Assembly (NCBI GenBank): GCA_902567045.1
Contig: CACFLJ010000007.1
Location: forward strand, 512-64,511
From: an uncultured Pelagibacteraceae bacterium
GTDB taxonomy: Bacteria > Pseudomonadota > Alphaproteobacteria > Pelagibacterales > Pelagibacteraceae
DNA: 64,000 bases
Direction of reading: 5' to 3'
The notes beneath the pieces were generated by a model. The model was not told the origin of the DNA, ran no database searches, and worked only from the letters and a program-made list of their open reading frames with translations. This document shows, piece after piece, positions 57,385 through 64,000 of the stretch. Position 1 is the first letter of the stretch, and each line of letters starts with the position of its first letter. A program made the translations under genes and the position numbers.

Positions 57385-58329
57385 CTATTTTCTAATTTTA
57401 TTTTCATATTTTTTTCTAAGGTCTTGTAAGTTGACTAAATACTCATCTCTTATATTTGCTAATTGATTGATTGATTTTCCTTTTGCTTGTTTTTTTGTAC
57501 CAGAAATCAATCTTTCTGAGAGTTTTTTTGATAATTTTGGTGCTTTAAGCTTGGTCCATGGGAGTTTTAATGCGGGCCCAAATTGTTCAAGCATATGCTT
57601 CATTCCGGCTTTTCCTCCTGCTAAATGAAAAGTTAAGAATGTTCCCATTAATGAGTATCTTAAGCCTGGACCGTCCTCAATAGCTCTATCTAAATCCTCT
57701 GTTGAGGCATACCCTTCATTTATAATATGAAGTGCTTCTCTCCATAAAGCTTCTTGCAGTCTATCAGATAGATATCCTGGCAGCTCCTTTTTAAGGGTAA
57801 TTGGGTTCATGGAGATTGATTTATAAAATTTATTTGCTTCATTTAATGATTTAGAACTTGTTTTTTTTCCTGGGACTATTTCAACTAAAGGTAGTAAATA
57901 AACAGGATTAAATGGATGGGCAATGATACCTCTTTTATTATTTTTACATTTTAAAAAAATTCTTGAGGGCAATAATCCTGACGAGCTAGAAGATATCAAG
58001 ACCTCAGGTTTACAATAATTTGAAATTTGACTTATTAATTGAGTTTTAAGTTTATAGTTTTCAGGAGCACATTCTTGGATTAGATCCGCATCTTTAACAG
58101 CACTCTCTAAAGAAGAAAAAAAATTTAAATTATTTAAGTTTATTTTTTTTTTATTAAATAGTTTTTTAACAAATGGTATGGCTCTTTTTATTTCTTGGAT
58201 TAAGTTTTTTCTTTGAATTAAATTTTTATCGTATGCTAAAACTTTTATGTTGTGAGCCAAGAGTCTTATTGTCCACCCTACTCCAATTACTCCTGTGCCA
58301 ATTACTGCAACTTTTTTAATTTTGGACAT
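57385..58329 (-). CDS. lcdH: L-carnitine dehydrogenase (3-hydroxyacyl-CoA DH family)
   Basis: GTGVIG..W, HPFNPVYLLPLVE, DRLQEALWREALH, GPGLR, LAGG.AGM.HML.QFGPALKLPWTKL; next to BKACE. Confidence 0.85.
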   Translation of the reverse strand: MSKIKKVAVIGTGVIGVGWTIRLLAHNIKVLAYDKNLIQRKNLIQEIKRAIPFVKKLFNKKKINLNNLNFFSSLESAVKDADLIQECAPENYKLKTQLISQISNYCKPEVLISSSSSGLLPSRIFLKCKNNKRGIIAHPFNPVYLLPLVEIVPGKKTSSKSLNEANKFYKSISMNPITLKKELPGYLSDRLQEALWREALHIINEGYASTEDLDRAIEDGPGLRYSLMGTFLTFHLAGGKAGMKHMLEQFGPALKLPWTKLKAPKLSKKLSERLISGTKKQAKGKSINQLANIRDEYLVNLQDLRKKYENKIRK

Positions 58330-59216
58330 TACTTGTGTTTAACAAGCTTTAATTTTTTCCTTGTTTCTTCTGCAGTCATTATTGATGCACCAAGATCTGT
58401 TACAATTCTGATTGCTTTTTCAACTAACTGAGCATTGGTTGCAAGTTTACCTTTTGATATATACAAATTATCTTCTAAACCAACTCTTGGGTTTCCACCC
58501 ATAACAACTGTTTGTGCCACAAAAGGCATTTCATTTTTTGATATTGCAAAGCCTGACCACACTCCTTGTTCTGGCATTATATCTTTCATTGCTTGCATTG
58601 CTAAGGGAGTAGCTGGAGCTCCCCAAGGAATACCTAAACACATTTGAAACATTGGAGGATCATCTAACAAACCTTCTTTGTATAGTTGAGAGCCAAACCA
58701 CATATTCCCTAAATCGAATGCTTCTATCTCTGGTTTTACTTTAATTTCTTGTAATTTTTTTGCAGCTTTTCTTAAATCATTTGGAGTATTGACTGTAATT
58801 ACCGATCCATCACCAAAGTTTAATGTTCCAGCATCTAATGTACAAATTTCTGGTAAGAATTGTTCAGCATTAGCAATTCTTTCCATAACATTTGCCATGT
58901 CAGTCATGGGACCAAAGTCTAAAGGGTTTTTTCCTTGTCCAATGTCCAAATCACCGCCCATTCCTGTTGTTAAATTTAAAATGACATCTGTTTCACTTGA
59001 TCTAATTCTATCTACCACTTCTTTATATAATTCTAATCTTCTACTTGGTGTTCCGTCCTCTTCTCTAACATGAATGTGTGCAATTGCTGCTCCAGCTTTT
59101 GCTGCCTCTATTGCTGATTTGGCTATTTGTTCTGGAGTTTTTGGTAAGTCAGGGTGTTTGCTTGCAGTATCGCCTGACCCTGTTACAGCACATGATACAA
59201 AAACGTTGTTGTTCAT
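58329..59216 (-). CDS. BKACE beta-keto acid cleavage enzyme, probable 3-dehydrocarnitine cleavage enzyme (CdhC-like)
   Basis: CAVTG.G, HIHVR, NLTTGMGGD, PEICTLD.G, RVGLEDN; coupled to lcdH. Confidence 0.85.
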   Translation of the reverse strand: MNNNVFVSCAVTGSGDTASKHPDLPKTPEQIAKSAIEAAKAGAAIAHIHVREEDGTPSRRLELYKEVVDRIRSSETDVILNLTTGMGGDLDIGQGKNPLDFGPMTDMANVMERIANAEQFLPEICTLDAGTLNFGDGSVITVNTPNDLRKAAKKLQEIKVKPEIEAFDLGNMWFGSQLYKEGLLDDPPMFQMCLGIPWGAPATPLAMQAMKDIMPEQGVWSGFAISKNEMPFVAQTVVMGGNPRVGLEDNLYISKGKLATNAQLVEKAIRIVTDLGASIMTAEETRKKLKLVKHK

Positions 59217-59245
59217 AATTTATTTTTCAACTATATTTTAAAATC

Positions 59246-59977
59246 ATGCAAATGGAAATATCAGAATTACAGAAGGATTTAGCTGCAACTTTTAGATGGA
59301 CGGCTAGACTTAATATGCATGAGGGAGTTGCAAACCATTTTAGTGCATGCATACCAGGTACATCTGATTTTTACTGCAATAAAGCAGGTATTCATTTTAG
59401 TAGAATTAAGGCTAGTGATCTAATCTTAGTAACTAAGGATAACAAAGAAGAGCTAAAGAATAAGCCAGACGTTATTGATCCGACAGCCTTGTATATCCAT
59501 GGTGCAATTCACGAAAAAGCTCCACACGCAAGATGTATTTTTCATGTCCATTCTAAATATGCAACAGCCCTTTCTACTCTAAAAGACCCAGTCTTAAAAC
59601 CAATAGATCAAAATACAATGATGTTTTATAATAGAGTATCTACATATACTGAATTTGGAGGTTTAGGTCTTGAAGACGAGTCCATAAAAATGGCAAATTC
59701 CCTTGGGAATAAACAGCACATGTTACTCGCAAATCATGGAATTTTAACAACAGGAGAAACTGTTGCTGAAGGTTTTAATTCACTTTATTATTTTGAAAGA
59801 GCGGCACAAACATATCTTACAGCTCTTTCAACTAACCAAGAACTTAATGTGGTCAGCCATGAAGTTGCAGAGAAAACTGCAGAAGAACATGCAAACTTTC
59901 CAACTGATTTTGCAAATCTATTCCTATCTCAAATAAGATTAATTTTAGATAAAGAAGAACCTGATTACAAAAATTAA
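59246..59977 (+). CDS. Class II aldolase/adducin family protein
   Basis: EGVANHFS, IHGAIH, HVHS, LANHG metal His triad. Confidence 0.88.
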   Translation: MQMEISELQKDLAATFRWTARLNMHEGVANHFSACIPGTSDFYCNKAGIHFSRIKASDLILVTKDNKEELKNKPDVIDPTALYIHGAIHEKAPHARCIFHVHSKYATALSTLKDPVLKPIDQNTMMFYNRVSTYTEFGGLGLEDESIKMANSLGNKQHMLLANHGILTTGETVAEGFNSLYYFERAAQTYLTALSTNQELNVVSHEVAEKTAEEHANFPTDFANLFLSQIRLILDKEEPDYKN

Positions 59978-60838
59978 ATGGACTTGAACAAATTAAAAGT
60001 TAGACGAAGTTTTATTTTTACACCTGGACTTCATCCTGAAATGTTTCCTAAAGCAATTGAATCAGGTGCAGACATGGTTTGTATTGAATTAGAAGATGGA
60101 ATAGCAATTAATGATAAAGCAGAGGCTAGAAAAAATACAATAGAGGCACTTAAAACTCTTGAAGTTAAAAATGATGTAGAGCTAGTTGTCAGATTTAATA
60201 ATCAAAGAACAAAATTTGGTCTTTTAGATTTAGAAGCTTTCATATCTAGCAAAATAAATCTAAAGGCTATTATGTTACCAAAAGTTAAAACTCCAGACGA
60301 AATTACGTTTATAGATGATCTTTTGACAGACTGTAATTTAGATACGGATCTTCACGTAATTATGGAAACAAATGAGGCTTTAGAAAGTATTTATAATATT
60401 GCACATGCCAGTAAAAGAATAGTTGCTATATATTTTGGTGGAGTTGATATGGCAGCTGAGCTTAGAGTTGAAAATAAATGGGAAAATCTTGTCCATGCGA
60501 GATCTAAATTAGTTCATGCAGGTGCAAGTGTTGGTATAGATGTAATAGATGTACCTTATTTAGACTTAGAGAATATGGAAGGAATGAGGAAAGAGGCTGA
60601 ACAAGTAAGAAACCTAGGTTTTACTGGAAAAGGCTCTATTCATCCAAAACAAATTAAAATTTTAAATGAAGTATTCACACCACCTCAAGATGAAATTATC
60701 AAAGCTAAAAAAATTTTAGAAGAATTTAATAATTCAAATACAGGTCTGGTAGTCATAGACGGTAAACTAATAGAAAAACCTGTCCTTCGAGAAATGAAAA
60801 GGAAAATATTGATAGCAGATAAAATAAATAAAGTTTAA
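59978..60838 (+). CDS. CitE/HpcH CoA-ester lyase family
   Basis: RRSFIFTPG, ELEDG, LPKV, ET, GG.D, GFTGKGSIHPKQI. Confidence 0.88.
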   Translation: MDLNKLKVRRSFIFTPGLHPEMFPKAIESGADMVCIELEDGIAINDKAEARKNTIEALKTLEVKNDVELVVRFNNQRTKFGLLDLEAFISSKINLKAIMLPKVKTPDEITFIDDLLTDCNLDTDLHVIMETNEALESIYNIAHASKRIVAIYFGGVDMAAELRVENKWENLVHARSKLVHAGASVGIDVIDVPYLDLENMEGMRKEAEQVRNLGFTGKGSIHPKQIKILNEVFTPPQDEIIKAKKILEEFNNSNTGLVVIDGKLIEKPVLREMKRKILIADKINKV

Positions 60839-60846
60839 ATTAAATT

Positions 60847-61314
60847 ATGTCATTTCATCTTGCCACTAGAAAAGTTATTAAGGAATGGACAGACTACAAT
60901 GAACATATGAATATGGCATACTATGTTCTAATTTTTGATCAAGCATGGGAAACAATGCTTAATAAGTTTCATATGGGTGGTTCAAACGCACAAATTAATA
61001 AAAGAAGCACTATGGTTGTAGACACAAGAACGACTTATGACAATGAAGTGAAAGAAAATGACGAAGTAGATGTGTATTGTACTTTCTTTGATCATGATAA
61101 AAAAAGATTACATTTAAAATGTGAAATGTACGAAAAGAAATCAAAAAAACTAGCAGCAACCATTGAAAGCCTGTCGCTTTATATTGATCTGGATAAAAGA
61201 AAGGTCACAGAATTTGAACAAGATAAAATCCAAATAATGGATGACTTTATAAATAAAAATAAGGTTTCTTTTAACTCAGAAAATCTAGTGTTTTCTGGTA
61301 AGCTAAAAAAATAA
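60847..61314 (+). CDS. Hotdog thioesterase, CdhB/betainyl-CoA thioesterase-like
   Basis: EWTDYNEHMN.AYY..FD, DKKRLH. Confidence 0.78.
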   Translation: MSFHLATRKVIKEWTDYNEHMNMAYYVLIFDQAWETMLNKFHMGGSNAQINKRSTMVVDTRTTYDNEVKENDEVDVYCTFFDHDKKRLHLKCEMYEKKSKKLAATIESLSLYIDLDKRKVTEFEQDKIQIMDDFINKNKVSFNSENLVFSGKLKK

Positions 61315-61317
61315 GTT

Positions 61318-62151
61318 ATGGAAATTAAACTTTTGTCAGGAGCACTAGGTGCAGAAATAACAGGGATAGATCTTAAAGATACATCTGATCAAAACATCAA
61401 GGAAATTAATAATTTATTATTAGAACACAAAGTTATTTTCTTTAGAGACCAAAAAATTAATGCTGAACAACATATAGCCTTAGCTGAAAAATTTGGACCA
61501 TTAGAAACACATGCATATGTAAAAGGATTAAGTAAACATCCCGAAATAGTAAGAATAATTAAAGCAGAAGATGAAAAAAACCAATGGGGTGAGAATTGGC
61601 ATAGTGATGTTAGTTATAATGAAAAACCAACGAAAGCAGTAATATTAAAATCAATTAAAATTCCTCCTGTTGGTGGTGATACATGCTTTGCAAACATGGA
61701 GCTTGCATGGGAAACATTAGATGAAGAAACAAAAGAAAAGATAAAAGATAAAAAAGCAATCCATAGTTCTCTTGGTGCAGAATTTTTTATTGAAAAATAT
61801 AAAAAAATGGAGGGAAATGAAAAAAGAAATTTTGATGAATATTCTAATGAACATCCAATAGTAAGAACACATCCTGAGACTGGAAAAAAAATTCTATTTG
61901 TCAATTGGACATACACAAAAAAAATAATTGGACTTGAACAAGAAGAAAGCGACGAAATTTTAAAAAAAATATTTGAACACCAAGCACGACTTGAATTAAC
62001 CTGTAGATTTAGCTGGACTGAAAATACAGTCTGTATATGGGATAATAGAAGTGTTATTCACTTTGCAATTGCAGATTTTTATCCAGGTAGAGGGTTAGGA
62101 TATGAAAGAGTAATGGATAGAATTGCTATTGAAGGTGACCACCCACAATAA
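61318..62151 (+). CDS. TauD/TfdA family Fe/2OG dioxygenase
   Basis: GAEITG.DL, WHSDVS, GGDT, HPIVRTHPETG, WDNR...H. Confidence 0.92.
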   Translation: MEIKLLSGALGAEITGIDLKDTSDQNIKEINNLLLEHKVIFFRDQKINAEQHIALAEKFGPLETHAYVKGLSKHPEIVRIIKAEDEKNQWGENWHSDVSYNEKPTKAVILKSIKIPPVGGDTCFANMELAWETLDEETKEKIKDKKAIHSSLGAEFFIEKYKKMEGNEKRNFDEYSNEHPIVRTHPETGKKILFVNWTYTKKIIGLEQEESDEILKKIFEHQARLELTCRFSWTENTVCIWDNRSVIHFAIADFYPGRGLGYERVMDRIAIEGDHPQ

Positions 62152-62156
62152 ATACC

Positions 62157-63737
62157 TTGAAATTTGATTATTTAATAATTGGAGCAGGTACAGCAGGATG
62201 TGTTCTTGCTAATAGATTAAGTGAGCAAAGTAAAAATAACGTAGCAATTTTCGAAGCTGGTAAAGATAGTGATATATGGAAAGTAAACATGCCCCTTGCA
62301 ATACTTTATGCAATGCATGACCCAAAATATAATTATAAATATTATTCTGAACCTGAGCCACACTTAAACAATAGAAAATTATTTTGTCCTAGGGGAAAAA
62401 TGATTGGTGGTTGTTCCGCGCATAATGGAATGGTTTATGTCAGAGGAAATAAAAATGATTATGAGAGATGGGCTTCATTTGGGTTAAAAAATTGGTCTTA
62501 CGAAAATGTTTTACCTTTTTTTAAAAAAATTGAGACATGGTCAGGTGGAGAAAATAATTATAGAGGTGGAAAAGGTATACTGCCTGTAAATCAATCAAAT
62601 AACAAAAATCCCCTTTTTAAAGCTTTTTTGGACTCGGCGAAAGAGGCAGGACATAAAATAAATAGTGATATGAATGGAGAAGACCAAGAAGGCTTTGGAA
62701 TGTACGATGTTACTATTCATAAAGGAGAGAGAGCAAGTGCTTCAAAATACTATTTAAAACCAGCTAAAAGCAGGGAAAATTTAAAAGTATTTACTGAGTC
62801 ATTTGTAGAAAAGATTATTTTTGATGGCAAAAAAGCTATTGGTATTCAAGTTAAAATAAAAAATGAAACGAGGACTATTTACGCAAATAAAGAAATTATT
62901 TTAAGTGGCGGATCAATTAATTCTCCACAATTATTAATGTTATCAGGTGTTGGTCCAAGCAATCATCTTAAAGAAAAAGGAATTGAGGTTATTCATGATT
63001 CTAAAGGAGTTGGAAAAAATTTACAAGATCATTTAGAAACCTATATTCAACAGGAATGTAAAACTCCAGATACACTATATTCTTATGTAAACAAATTTAA
63101 CATGGTAAAGGTGGGTATCCAATGGTTCTTAAATAAAAGTGGCCCCTGCTCTACCTCTTTTTTAGAGGCTGGTGGATTTAGCAAATCATCTCCGGATAAA
63201 CAATATCCAAATATACAATTTCATTTTTTCCCAGCATTTGTAATAGACCATGGTTTGGTAGATCCTGACAGACACGGATACCAATTACATGCAAGTTTAA
63301 ACCAACCTAAAAGTAGAGGGGAAATTACTTTGAAAAGTTCAAACCCTTACGATTATCCAAAAATACAATTTAATTATTTGGAGGATGATTATGACCTTAA
63401 AGAAACAATAAAATGTGTTCGAGTAGCAAGAAAAATTTTAAGTCAGAATTCTATGAAACCTTTTGCTGGTAAAGAAATTGGACCAGGTGATAATGCAAAT
63501 TCAGATGAAGAAATTGAAGAATATATAAGATCAAAAGCAGAAACAGCATATCACCCATCATGTACTTTAAAGATGGGTATAGATGATATGGCAGTAGTAG
63601 ATGAAAAATTAAAAATTCATGGTCTTCAAAATATCAGAGTAGCAGATGCATCAGTAATGCCAGAAATTACAAGTGGAAATCTAAATGCACCAACTCTAAT
63701 GATAGGTGAGAGAGCTGCTGACTTTATTTTGAATTAG
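62157..63737 (+). CDS. betA: GMC oxidoreductase, choline dehydrogenase-like
   Basis: GAGTAGCVLANRL, PRGK.IGG, GKNLQDH, YHPSCT, GNLNAPT; TTG start. Confidence 0.75.
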   Translation: MKFDYLIIGAGTAGCVLANRLSEQSKNNVAIFEAGKDSDIWKVNMPLAILYAMHDPKYNYKYYSEPEPHLNNRKLFCPRGKMIGGCSAHNGMVYVRGNKNDYERWASFGLKNWSYENVLPFFKKIETWSGGENNYRGGKGILPVNQSNNKNPLFKAFLDSAKEAGHKINSDMNGEDQEGFGMYDVTIHKGERASASKYYLKPAKSRENLKVFTESFVEKIIFDGKKAIGIQVKIKNETRTIYANKEIILSGGSINSPQLLMLSGVGPSNHLKEKGIEVIHDSKGVGKNLQDHLETYIQQECKTPDTLYSYVNKFNMVKVGIQWFLNKSGPCSTSFLEAGGFSKSSPDKQYPNIQFHFFPAFVIDHGLVDPDRHGYQLHASLNQPKSRGEITLKSSNPYDYPKIQFNYLEDDYDLKETIKCVRVARKILSQNSMKPFAGKEIGPGDNANSDEEIEEYIRSKAETAYHPSCTLKMGIDDMAVVDEKLKIHGLQNIRVADASVMPEITSGNLNAPTLMIGERAADFILN

Positions 63738-63740
63738 CAT

Positions 63741-64000
63741 ATGGAAGCAAATAATAATACTAAAGGTATCCTATTTATTATGATAGGAATGGCTTTTTTT
63801 TCAATACAAGACTCGCTTATAAAATATATATTCGAAGAGATTGCTTTGTTTGAGTTATACCTTGGTAGAACTATTGTTCAAGCTACAGTGCTTATATCTA
63901 TATTCTTAATAACAAAGAAAAAATTTACATTAAAAACTCATTATCCTTCATTAACTTTATTAAGAGTAGTTTGTTTTTTCTTTGGCTTTAGTTTTTTTTA
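63741..64000 (+). CDS. EamA/DMT family transporter, truncated by window end (absent from the ORF track)
   Basis: ATG at 63741 reads MEANNNTKGILFIMIGMAFFSIQDSLIK..., a typical DMT N-terminus, open to the window end. Confidence 0.75.
   Translation, partial: MEANNNTKGILFIMIGMAFFSIQDSLIKYIFEEIALFELYLGRTIVQATVLISIFLITKKKFTLKTHYPSLTLLRVVCFFFGFSFF

Noticed and set aside
1-64000. CRISPR array, prophage, IS element, defence system, tRNA/rRNA, recoded (Sec or frameshift) genes
   Set aside because: No repeat-spacer periodicity or mobile-element proteins seen; the longest gap is about 140 bp and all ORFs look full length, leaving little room for hidden genes.

Overview
This is a very AT-rich, gene-dense bacterial chromosome segment (GC roughly 30% by eye, not computed) with about 60 tightly packed or overlapping CDSs. 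I found no rRNA, tRNA, CRISPR array, integrase or transposase, and no recognisable transcription factor. Composition and gene content fit a streamlined marine alphaproteobacterium, most likely Pelagibacterales/SAR11 (inference). The first ~9 kb is mostly housekeeping: photolyase, yjbQ, zapE, bamB-like, yfgM-like, acnA, csaA. The remaining ~55 kb is a mosaic of uptake and catabolic genes for small N- and S-methylated organics. It holds three ABC importers (Dpp/Opp-type, PotABCD-type, and a ProVWX-type with a fused double permease and two ATPases), a DmdA-like and a divergent GcvT-like demethylase, DoeA/EutA-like ectoine genes and two His-variant homocysteine methyltransferases. It also holds an apparently complete gamma-butyrobetaine to carnitine to betaine route, surrounded by unassigned enzymes (BesD/HalD-fold hydroxylase, class II aldolase, luciferase-like monooxygenase plus hydrolase, TauD, SDR). 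The best candidates for undescribed biology are (1) the gcvT-pepE-lldD-ThDP enzyme-variant transthyretin-dmdA-thiolase operon and (2) the extended carnitine/betaine island. All functional calls come from motif recognition only; no database search was run.
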